Source of the DNA: Paramicrosporidium saccamoebae KSL3
Taxonomy: Eukaryota > Fungi > Cryptomycota
Direction of reading: 5' to 3'
DNA: 32,000 nt
Assembly (NCBI GenBank): GCA_002794465.1
Contig: MTSL01000199.1
Location: 34,291 to 66,290, forward strand
Positions 20,756-30,705 of the stretch are shown in pieces. Under the pieces are notes generated by a model. That model had not been told where the DNA came from, searched no databases, and saw only the letters and a list, made by a program, of their open reading frames with translations. A program made the translations under genes and the position numbers. Numbering within the stretch: the stretch's first letter is position 1; every line of letters begins with the position of its first letter.

Positions 20756-23029
20756 ATGAAGGTGGAAGTGCTCTCCTCTCTGTTACTTGCATCCAGTGTA
20801 CTGTCTCTGCGCTCTTCTCCCCATCGGGAGCCGCGTGTGAAGGACCTTAAGACATTCAAAGCCCACTCGCACGAGGTTCTTGAGGGAATCCACCGACTCA
20901 ATAGAAGCCCTGCCGCAAAGTCTGCGTACTTTTCGGCCGTGTTTAAGCATCTGACGTCTGCCGGCCAGTCCTCACGGGTGCGCAATCAAACGGCTGTCAG
21001 CGAGTTCTTCAAGTGTCTGTCCAATGAGGACATTGAAAAGTACGGCAGCTACATGGTGGGGGCCTTTGGTCTGTGGATGGATGCCGTCAAGAACGAAGCC
21101 AAAGCGCGCAAGGTAATCACGCGATCGCAGCGATCCCTAATCGACGCTATCGGCAGCTTTGCATCCCGCAAGGACAAGCGTGACTTGCGTGCAATCAACC
21201 CGGAATGGCTCAAGGAAGGCGGTACGCGGATGATGCGTGTCCTGCAGAAGCGTGATCGTCGTGTCCGAAACAGCAAGCCATTGCTTGCCGAAATGCCTGC
21301 CAGCTTCTGGAGCTGGATTGCTGCACGTCCAGCTGCTGAGCAGGAAGGACTGTGTGGAGTCATCTCTGCTTCTACCTTTTCGATGCTCGTGAAGGAAAGC
21401 GCGCCCAAGATTTCGGCTTCCTGTTTTGCCGCCATTAAGAATGTCGGTTCGGCAGACATTGCTCTATTGATCCCGAAAATGTCAGACAATGTCTTCAAGT
21501 ACTTTACCAGTCGCGTCTCTGCCAAGAATGTCAAGGCCATGAAGCCGGCCCAAATTGCCGGCTTCAACACGGACAGTCCCGCGGATGCTCGTTGTCAGAA
21601 GCTTTCCCTTCATGGCGCCACTAAGGAGGGAATCAAAGCAGCAACGGGTGCCTGTTTGGCATCGTATCTTTTGTCGGGCAATAGTCGTGCGTTGGGTCCT
21701 CTTTGGAGCCACATCAGCAAGGACATTTTCGATTCTCTGGGCGGCTCCTCCTACGAATTTGAGTATTCTGAGATTGCCCGTGCCATCGACTACAACGACA
21801 AGGTGCACATTCCTTTCGAAACCCTCACAAAGTTCCTGACCTATCCCGGATTTGCCGAGAATTTCACTGCGGACGGCGAATTGAAGCTCAAGGGAGGCGT
21901 GCTTAAGATAGCTCCCAAGGATCTCCCTCAGCTGAAGGACAAGAACATTTTTGTGGCTGCCCTCCTCTCCAATGATCCATTGGATCCCATGTTCCTCGCC
22001 TATCTTGACGCTGACTTCTTCACCGGCATCGAGTATCCCCTCCATGGAAAGCACTACGAGGAATTGCGTGTCTTGGACCTCATCAAGGCCAGCAACAAGG
22101 CCGAAGTTATCAAGAATCTTTCCGCTAATATCGACAATGGCCAACATGCCTGCTCCCTCATTAAGACTGTGGACAACTTTAAGGCTGTGAAGGCGCTCGA
22201 ATTTGCCGATGCCGCCTGTATTGCTGAACTCACCTTTGACATGGACTTGAACGACTACAAGAAGATGCCCGCCCTCCTCCGTGGCCGCTCCTTCAAGACA
22301 ATCTCCAAACATCTCAGCGATGACGACTTCCTTCGCATGCCCGAACCATTCTTTGCGGCCCTCCTCACCGGCGACTTTTGCAGTGTGGTTGGATATAAAC
22401 GCTTTGCCAAGATCAATCCCGATGCTCTGTCTGCTGTCCATTCGGACTGTGTTAGCAAGTTTGACGGGAAGCTCATTGCCAAGTTGACTCCTGAACAGAC
22501 AATCCGTTTCGCGGATGATGCCTTTGAGACCATTACGGCTTCACAGTGGAAACAGGCCTTTACCATCAAGCATTTGAATGAAAAGCAGATTCCTCGTCTC
22601 TCTGCCGCTGTCAAGAATGACAAGGAAGTGGCCACCTCTGCCTTTACCGATGCCGACATTACCACTCTTGGAAAGCAGGTTTCCCTACTCACTGCTCGTC
22701 AAGTTGCCGTCCTGTCTGACAAGGCGCTGCTTGCTGCCCCTATTGCCAATCTTACTGCCTCTTCTCTTACCCTCTTGAGTCTCGCCAAGGTCAAGCTCCT
22801 CATCTCCACCTTCCCCTACATGAGTGCTGCCCAGATTGAGAATCTTGGTGCCTCCTCCACCGATGTCACTGAGATCCTCTTGTTCATTGAAGAAAATAAG
22901 AGCAAGCTGAACAAGGAGGCCTTTGCTGCCTGGGAGAAGCGTCGCTTAAGCGGCAACTCTGCCAAGACCATGTCCACCGGTGTCACCACTGCTGTTGCCC
23001 TTGGTCTTGTTGCTGCAATCCTCCTCTAA
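20756..23029 (+). CDS. Predicted secreted, GPI-anchored or tail-anchored surface protein, 757 aa, helical repeats, intronless
   Basis: N-terminal hydrophobic MKVEVLSSLLLASSVLS. C-terminal small-residue site plus hydrophobic tail (GNSAKTMSTGVTTAVALGLVAAILL-stop). Strong AAG/GCC/ACC/CTC/CGT codon preference. Confidence 0.8.
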   Translation: MKVEVLSSLLLASSVLSLRSSPHREPRVKDLKTFKAHSHEVLEGIHRLNRSPAAKSAYFSAVFKHLTSAGQSSRVRNQTAVSEFFKCLSNEDIEKYGSYMVGAFGLWMDAVKNEAKARKVITRSQRSLIDAIGSFASRKDKRDLRAINPEWLKEGGTRMMRVLQKRDRRVRNSKPLLAEMPASFWSWIAARPAAEQEGLCGVISASTFSMLVKESAPKISASCFAAIKNVGSADIALLIPKMSDNVFKYFTSRVSAKNVKAMKPAQIAGFNTDSPADARCQKLSLHGATKEGIKAATGACLASYLLSGNSRALGPLWSHISKDIFDSLGGSSYEFEYSEIARAIDYNDKVHIPFETLTKFLTYPGFAENFTADGELKLKGGVLKIAPKDLPQLKDKNIFVAALLSNDPLDPMFLAYLDADFFTGIEYPLHGKHYEELRVLDLIKASNKAEVIKNLSANIDNGQHACSLIKTVDNFKAVKALEFADAACIAELTFDMDLNDYKKMPALLRGRSFKTISKHLSDDDFLRMPEPFFAALLTGDFCSVVGYKRFAKINPDALSAVHSDCVSKFDGKLIAKLTPEQTIRFADDAFETITASQWKQAFTIKHLNEKQIPRLSAAVKNDKEVATSAFTDADITTLGKQVSLLTARQVAVLSDKALLAAPIANLTASSLTLLSLAKVKLLISTFPYMSAAQIENLGASSTDVTEILLFIEENKSKLNKEAFAAWEKRRLSGNSAKTMSTGVTTAVALGLVAAILL

Positions 23030-23503
23030 GATCTAGGTTAGAATAAATTATGAGACTACCAATAATATTATATATTGCGAGATAGAGGGTGTGTGTGTAC
23101 TGACTAGGATTACGGGCTAGAATCATCAAGTCTGTCGTGTTAGATTAGATGAGAGAATATATGAAGGGCTGCTGGTGGGCGGGAGTATTGTCCCCAACTT
23201 GACTGATCTGTATTGGTGTGATGTAGAGAATGGTTAACTGGATATTTGCGGACATACTTGTGTGGCAAGGTGAATCGATGAGCTGAGTATTCAATGATTA
23301 TTACGTTATTTACGAGACTCTAAATAGGCCGGTGGATTAACTGTGAATGCCAGTGAGCGAGTTCCCCGTATGACTTGGTCTGTCGGATTAGCAGTAAACA
23401 AATTCTCTTTTCTGACTTTCTGTGGCATTCCACTCGCTAGGCGACATTACACACGCAACCATATTTTTATATAAACAAATTTTTAGCTGGATTCGGATCT
23501 TCC

Positions 23504-25781
23504 TCAGGCATAGGTAACTCGCTGTTGGCTTCCAGTAGTCTTTGTGTGTCTTGGAGCAATGGTCGCTTTGTAGGTGACTAAATTACAGAGTACAATCTCG
23601 GCGGTTAGCGGGACACGATCGGCTGACGCAGGATTCGTTCGGTTGGCATCCAATTGCGAGTCAAGCAGAATTGATTTCAAGTCTGCTGCTGTCAGTCCAT
23701 CCGTATCAATCGATAGTCTCTCTACGAGCGCTGCATCTGTAGTGACTTCGTCCGGTGCAATTGACATTATAATCTCTTTCCGTCGGACGACATCTGCTGG
23801 GACGCTTACCGCAAGACGAGTGTCAATTCGGCCCGGTCTTAAGAGCGCCGGATCAATCAAGTCGGGTCTACTGGAAATGGCCAAGACAAAAACTCCCGTC
23901 CTACTCTCTGCTCCATCAAGTTCGGTGAGTAGTTGGTTGACTACTCGATCAGTGGTGCCTGTGTTGTCTCTTCCACGTCGAGGTGCCAATGCGTCAACTT
24001 CCTCCAAAATGATCAGCGAGGGACACTGAGCCCGTGCCCGTGCAAATAAATCTCTAACGGCGCGCTCACTGCTTCCCACATATTTTCCAAGCAATGATGG
24101 ACCTGCCACAGTCAGAATGGCGGTACTATTCCCAAGCATTTTGGCAAACGATCGAGCCAGTAAAGACTTTCCAGATCCGCTTGGTCCGTACAAGAGAACT
24201 CCACCAGCCTGTTGGAACCCATTCTTCTTGTAAAAGTCTCCATAAACGATGGGCCATAGTAAATTCTCCTCCATGCCCCTTTTAACATCATCCAGACCTG
24301 CAACATCGTCCCACTCTGGCACTAGTACATTTGTATCTGACAATTCAGCGTCCTCCAAATCAAAGGTCATAATCTGCCGAGGTAGTAGTCCACTCGTCTT
24401 TTCTACGGCTTTCTCCAAGTTGTTACTCACAGGTGCCAGCATCTATATAAATAATCAGTCATCTCTGAGGAGGATACCAGCCGACGTAAATCCTTATCGG
24501 GTCGTTCTACATTGACAGATTTTATCCACAAAAGCGATTGGGTCACTAGCTTGTGCAGCATATTTCTTGTTTCACACACCAAAACAACAGGACAGCCGTA
24601 CGACATGACATGGTCCATTCGATCCAAAATCCACACTACCAGTTGATCTCGAAGAAATTCGTCCTCTTCTTGTAATCCATCAGGTGCCGCACCCAGCACT
24701 TCATCCACATGATCAAGACAGATGATACAGGGCGCCAGTCGGAGGGCATTACTGATGAGATTGTCAATTTTCATTTTTCGGCTTTGGAAGGACAAGTCGT
24801 GACCCAATGATCCCAGGTCAGCATAGTAGCAAGGAACTACAAACATGAACAATTGTTTCGCTGTATACTTGATGAATTTTGCATAATCTCCTTGCACAAG
24901 TACGTCTTGCCGACCATCGATTCCCCCTGAAGTATAATTCCTCGAGTAGGGTTGACGGTCAGTAGCTTGAGAAACAATGCTTCTATCTGTTCCAAAAACG
25001 CCCATTTAAACGTCTCTACAATGTGATCAGAGTCGATGCTAACATTGCTTTCAGGCTCAGCATACTTGATATTGACCCATTGATGCTGGGCGAGTTCCAA
25101 AAGCTTCATCTGTTTGGTTGTAATGTAAATCCATTCTGGGGAAACTCTGTCAGAAACTACACATTTTACCTGTCCTTCTACGAGCTGAATTGCTGCAACC
25201 GAGCCAATGGTCACATCTAGTGAAGCAACACTGCCAACGTGAATGTAATTGTTCTGGTCGGTCGACTCCCTAACCCTAATCCTTGTCGTGGCGCTTTTAT
25301 CAGGCGGTCGTAAAACCTCCAATTGGGCATCTAGTCCAACCAGACCAACCTTCAAGGCCGGCTTTATCGATTCTACTGTCAGCTTTACCTGCTCGCCTCC
25401 AATCCAGAGGGAGAAGCTGCATCCTGGCGAGACGATGCGGACTTGTCGGAGAAATTCTCGGTCCACCAATTCCTCTGCATGCCTCTCTAGTCTCCTGTAG
25501 CCACTCTCACCGTCTGTTGAAATTGTTAGTTGCAGCACCGGGTCCGCATCAAGAATGGACATTATATATTCACCGGCCGGCAATGCAGAACTCTGCAGAC
25601 CCTGATGCAAAATTGGAGAGGGGACCAGCCAGGCAGGATACGACTTTGCATCATCCACACATTGCAATTGCACGCAGACACCCTCATCCGTCAAAGAGTA
25701 TTGTTTGTATATTTCCAAGGGGGCGTGTACAAAAGTGTCCCTAAACCGGGCATTCCATGCCACTTTGACTCGGACTGGCAT
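23504..25781 (-). CDS. PEX1: Peroxisomal AAA+ ATPase Pex1, reduced (about 720 aa)
   Basis: N domain ...ERHAEELVDREFLRQVRIV. Degenerate D1 (GESMVGKT, CLDHVD). D2 GPSGSGKS, KYVGSSE, RRGRDNTGTTDRVVNQLLTELDGAE and RPGR. Introns 24837-24868 and 24443-24477, plus a probable in-frame intron 25514-25573. Confidence 0.88.
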
Positions 25782-25925
25782 GACACTTTGCTCCAATTGG
25801 CCAATTGTTTTATTGACTCATGGGGGCAGGTGGAGATTTGATCCGTAGTTGTGGTAAAGCACCTTTATCCTGTTCCATAGATTGCGTATACCATGGATCA
25901 GACCTCCAATCTTTTATTTCTCATG

Positions 25926-25981
25926 CCCGATACCCGATACCCCATACCCTATATCATATATCATATGTCATATGTCATAGA
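25926..25981. repeat. Eight-unit heptamer array drifting from CCCGATA to TCATATG/TCATAGA
   Basis: CCCGATA CCCGATA CCCCATA CCCTATA TCATATA TCATATG TCATATG TCATAGA. Confidence 0.8.
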
Positions 25982-25995
25982 TCTACTCATTCACA

Positions 25996-28900
25996 TTATT
26001 GTACAATGTCCACCAATTCCAACAACAAGGCCAACTCTGTCTCTGCTTCTCCCAAAGAGTCGACATTCTGTGCCCTCAGCAGTACCTTTTCAACTGTCTC
26101 TCTCGGTGTGGCTGGTCCCGCCACCATACGCACAAGCAACTCACGCACAGCATCTCCGTCATGAGAGTCCCTTTGAAACAATTTCCGACGAACTGAGGCG
26201 CGGAGTGCCGGACGTTGTGGGGCACTTGCAAGGCGAAGAGTGAGGAGGACAATATTCCTGACCAGACGGAGCAGTCCCTCACTGTCAGTCGTGTTGAGGT
26301 CGCGAGTCCGTCGAAGATCAAATAGTCGCTCATAGCACCTTAGGGCTTGATGTAAATGGGCAAGCACCGGCTCAGCCAAAAGATCGTCGGCAAGTAAGGC
26401 TGCCAATGGTTCCTCCTGGTTTGCTGGATTAGAATTTTCTGCAAAGATGCGCTGCGAAAGAGATGCAATATGCTCGAGGGTTGATTCGAAGAGAGGAAGC
26501 AGTTTGGGATCTCCCTCAACAATCTTTAGATTCTCCGTAGCCCAATTCAGCGACGTTTCGTAGTCACCCATGGCTTCATTGCATCTCGATAGTCCTGATA
26601 GCAGATTGGCCATTGTTTCTGAAATAGGATCAACCAATTTCAGAGCTTCAGTGTAAGCTTCAATGGATGCCTCATTGTTGCCAGCCATCCGTTGGGCATC
26701 GGCCAAGTCAATGAGTAGTCCCGTGCTGTATGGATGTCTCCGACCGAGCACCTTGTATGCCGTCATGAGGGCATCGTGTCTTAGAGAAATAGCCTCGGAA
26801 CGGACTGCATCGGTGGGCTCAGTGCACTTTTCCACCAAAGCGGCCAATTTCATCCGCACCTCAATGCTCAATGGATGATGAGGTCCAAAGTGACGTTCCA
26901 CCCGATGCAGAAGGGACAATTTGCTTCTTCGAAGTTCATCAATAGTGCCCATTGCAGCGTTCACTGCCGCACTCTTTTCCCCTCCCAACACGGATGGTTT
27001 CAATGCCAAATTGGCTGGTCCCAGACAACGGAGCGTGGTCATTGCCAAGCTGATTCGAATTTGCTGCGGATGGACACGCGGACATAGTCCTGCGGCAAGT
27101 TCTACATATTTCAAAGCGCCCTCCCAGTCCTTTTCTTCGATTTTCATATCAGCAAGTTGGGAGACGGCTCTGGATGCGGCTGCACGACGTCCAGGCATGG
27201 TCCACAGCGACTCGCCCACCGGCAGCACTGCTTGTGCAAGTGCATATATTTTGTCGTCATTGGGATTTGGAGAATGGTCATGGAAACAACCTGAGCCGCC
27301 ATCGGTGATTTGCATTGAAAAGCCTGAAAAGTCTTCCAATTCGATTGTCCCGGGTCGCGCATAAGCAGACTCGTTAAACTTTAGTGCACAATGGTGCTGA
27401 AGAGCCATAAGGAGCGCATTTCGGGACAAATGCTTTACCTCTTCGCATTCCACCTTTATCCCAAAACGGTCTTCCAGTGTGGGCAGCAGTTCGGCCATCC
27501 ATTGTGGGTCAGCCTGCAGCACCGAATTTACAACCTCAAGGACAACTTCACTCAGCTCCTCGTCCACCCTCAATGCCTGCACATCGCGGAAATGAAGGAT
27601 TGCATTACGTACACGGGAACGTAGAACCATCTTGGTGGTCCTTGCCAGCATTTCAATTATGCACGCCTCCCTAATATGGGGCAGTTTGGTCCCAGTAGCA
27701 ATGGTGCCCAGAAGGGCCATGTTGAGTCCATTTTCATGCAGCAAACAGCGCCACTCGTCGCTGTCCATAGGCATTTGATTTAGACTGTCCAGTTCCTGGA
27801 TGACCGCTGGAAGACGCGAATTCTTCAAGATTCGCATGACAGACGCATCGCCTGCAATGAACGGCGTAGCAAGTGATTCTACAAATTCGCGTCTCAAGAA
27901 CATCATTCCTCTCAGTTCGTCTGTTGCCGGATATGCGGGCATCAAGTCATGCACATTTGTCACATACAGTCCCGGCGGCGTCTTGGCTGTCACTCCGGTG
28001 CCCTGTTTCTCCCATTTAAACTTGACGGGACTGCCGCTGGGTGCCATTACGCGATGCACTTCTATAGTGGAGGCCAAGCCCGTCTGGATCACCCGTCCAT
28101 CGCCCAACCGGTACGGAATCGGCGTCAGATTCATCTCCTGGGCCGCGTTCTGCAATGCTTCCTGGGCCGCTTCGTCCATCAGACCTGTTGACGCTTCCAT
28201 TGCCAAAGTCTTTTCGCCTAAAGGAAGTGCCAACATTGCCAAGGCTCGGAATCCTTTGTATTCGACAACTGTCATGAGGGGCTGTTGCAACATTGCCTTG
28301 CGGGTGCTGGTGATCCATCGCACAGCATTCATTTCTTGTCGAAGCCATGCATAAGCACCTGCCACCACCTCCTCTCCCGCCTGGGCGTAATCCGCAATAA
28401 ACAGAATCCGAAGGGGACCCTCTTCGAAGCGACAGCCGCCACCCCGTCCACTGTGATATTCGTCTACAATTCTCTTCAAATGTCGAGTCACGTGGAAATG
28501 GAATCGTCCAATCAATTTTCTAATCTGAAGTTCCAATCTCAAGATATCACGTGGCTTGTCCGCCTTTCCTCGATCGCTTAGTGTTTGTTGATATTTCCAA
28601 TTCAACTCGGCAACTACATATAACCCATCTACTGCCTCTATGCTTACGCTCTTCTTGGGGATCTGAAATGACAGCCAAGCTCTGATTCACATCTCCAATG
28701 ATCGAATCGCTACTGGAGGTGGAAGAGGTGGTTATCAGGGGATTACTGCTTCCATTACCCGCCTTGATCCTTGCCACCACTCGGCCCTCCATAACTACCA
28801 CTCCCGCACAGGAAATGGTTTCGGCATCATGCTGATTCGACTCTACCCGTGACGCTGTCACCAGGGGCGGGGGCACAGTCTCTCTCTCAATCGTCGCAGA

Positions 28901-29314
28901 GATCAACAATCCACGCAGGGCTCCCACCCATTCATCTCGCTCTGTTTGGGTTTTTGCTGCAAAACACAATTTGATCGCGGCCTGACCCTGTCGACTGATT
29001 GTAAAGACCCGTGGTTCCTTCTTGTCACTCCCTGCGCCGCTTAGTTCTGCTATTGAGGCGGCCATTGAATCGCGTCTCTTCAGCCAGCCCTTTCCTAAAT
29101 TGCCCTCCTCCATGGAGATTTGCGTGTCTGGCTGCAGGTCCAGATGTCTGAGTGGCGCATACGGCGGTGTGGCATCGCTTCGCTGTTCATAGATTCCCAA
29201 GGCTGGAACTGGCTCCCCATAGATGACTATCCAACGTGGTGTCCATCTACGACCTAGGACTATCCCAGGTTTTCTTTCATAAAGCCATCCGCTCTTCAAA
29301 GCAACCCACTCCAT
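25996..29314 (-). CDS. PH domain plus Clu domain, CLU-central and TPR protein (CLU1/CLUH-related), about 1094 aa; exons 29314-28648 and 28613-25996
   Basis: PH: KSGWLYERKPG...WTPRW...FAAKTQTERDEWVGAL. Clu: PLMTVVEYKGFRALAM..LP. CLU-central: LLHENGLNMALLG...IEMLARTTK. TPR: FGPHHP, LGRRHP. A 34-nt intron at 28614-28647 (GTAAGC...GTAG) joins the two ORFs in frame. Confidence 0.75.
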
Positions 29315-29582
29315 GAATGTCAACAAATCAAACAATTTTATACATTTCTCTTTTTTGTGTGGTTAGCAGCAAGGCCCTTTAGTGGGGGGAGGATTGATGG
29401 AGCGAATCTTTGATGATGCCTTTTTGGTCCGATCACATTTTCTCTCATATATAGTGGTTATTTCATCAAACGATACCGGTGTAAAGTAGTATAGTGGTAT
29501 TATGGCGGGCTGGTTCTGATCATGTTAAAGAGTTTATAAAAGGGCCGACGATTCACATCACTTTTGATAATCAACCTCGCCC

Positions 29583-29682
29583 CTTCCTATAATAACTAAT
29601 CCCATCCTTTCCTGTGATGACTACTCCCATTCTCTCCTATGATAACTATACACATTCTCTCCTGTGATAACTATCCCCATCC
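29583..29682. repeat. 25-bp minisatellite, 4 copies plus a partial; two copies carry TGATAA
   Basis: Units start at 29583, 29608, 29633 and 29658. Consensus about TCTCCT(A/G)TGATAACTATCCCATYC. Confidence 0.9.
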
Positions 29683-29819
29683 CCCTGTGGGAACGAATCC
29701 CATCATCTCCGCTCAACTTTATCCCCACCTCGCTCAATCTCACCCTTCCACCCAATTCAAAAGATTCAAAATTTTATAATTAATACATTTACACAGGCAA
29801 TCTCTATTCATGCCTCGTC

Positions 29820-30614
29820 TTAGTCTCGGGGAGAAGCAGAGTTTGGTTTTCGATGGACTCTGTGGGTCTTGTAGAAGAGGGCACACGCATTGCAGCAGAG
29901 GATGTTGTCTACTTTTCTCCAGAGTGGCGTGTCACTCGTTCCACAGTTGGCACAGATCTTTCCCAGAGTCTCTCCCTCCCTCTCCTCGCGATCCTTGGGA
30001 ATGCTTCTCTGTACTCGGATACTCCCGTCATCGGCTACTCGGAATGGACGCGGCTTGTTGTGCAGTTTTTGGTACAGTCCGCAAGCATTGCACAAGAGAT
30101 TTTTGCCGGCGGGACAGCGACGCCAGGAAGGAGTCGATGTGGCACTACAATTGCTGCACTTTTTCCCCGAATAGTTCAGCATTGGGAACTGTAAAAAGGC
30201 TGGGTTTCCAAAAGGCACGCGATCATAGCCACCTCGACTGTCATACGAGCGACTGCTATATACAGGATGATCAAACACGGCGTTTCTTGTGTCATATGGA
30301 TTCCACAACAGTGACGATGCAGCCAATAGATGCTGAAAGTGCAGTGGCAATGCGGCCGAATTCATCATTGGAAAGTTTCTTCCCGACTCGGCCACGTTCT
30401 CTGCCCGACCCGATTCCATCACCCAAGTAAACTGTTTCGGCGGTGATTCCGGTAGCTGTATTTCGTGGACAGTCTTGTCTCCATGGTACTCATCTTGTTG
30501 CAGTCTGCTTCGCTTTGCACTGAGCATGGCAGTGATGTCGGGCATATCATCACTTTCAAGACTCCGTTTGGGCGAAAGTGTTGGCGTCGATCCATCCGAT
30601 AAAGCGTGATTCAT
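29820..30614 (-). CDS. GATA transcription factor with two zinc fingers (CX2CX18CX2C and CX2CX16CX2C), 264 aa
   Basis: CSNC..TPSWRR..CNACGLY.KLH..PRP and CANC..TPLWRK..CNACALFYK. Confidence 0.9.
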   Translation of the reverse strand: MNHALSDGSTPTLSPKRSLESDDMPDITAMLSAKRSRLQQDEYHGDKTVHEIQLPESPPKQFTWVMESGRAENVAESGRNFPMMNSAALPLHFQHLLAASSLLWNPYDTRNAVFDHPVYSSRSYDSRGGYDRVPFGNPAFLQFPMLNYSGKKCSNCSATSTPSWRRCPAGKNLLCNACGLYQKLHNKPRPFRVADDGSIRVQRSIPKDREEREGETLGKICANCGTSDTPLWRKVDNILCCNACALFYKTHRVHRKPNSASPRD

Positions 30615-30647
30615 CGTTGTTGGTCCGTGGCCACATCTCCCGACTCC

Positions 30648-30705
30648 TTATCATGGCCAATTTATCAAACTGTGCATTGTGGCTGATTTATCAGTCTGCT
30701 TATCA
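30648..30705 (-). promoter_or_regulatory. Cluster of four perfect TGATAA (GATA) sites upstream of the 29820-30614 GATA gene
   Basis: TTATCA on the + strand at 30648, 30662, 30688 and 30700, all in the same orientation. Confidence 0.6.

Noticed and set aside
21049-22692. Long antisense ORFs (173, 319 and 145 aa) opposite the surface protein
   Set aside because: Expected shadow ORFs from strong codon bias on the coding strand, with no recognisable motifs.
23254-23272. ATACTTGTGTGGCAAGG resembling the U1 snRNA 5' end
   Set aside because: It lacks the ACCTG splice-site pairing sequence, the loop I motif and an Sm site.
23405-23422. TTTTCTGACTTTC resembling the vertebrate telomerase RNA pseudoknot
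   Set aside because: There is no complementary AAAGTCAG partner on that strand and no template sequence nearby.
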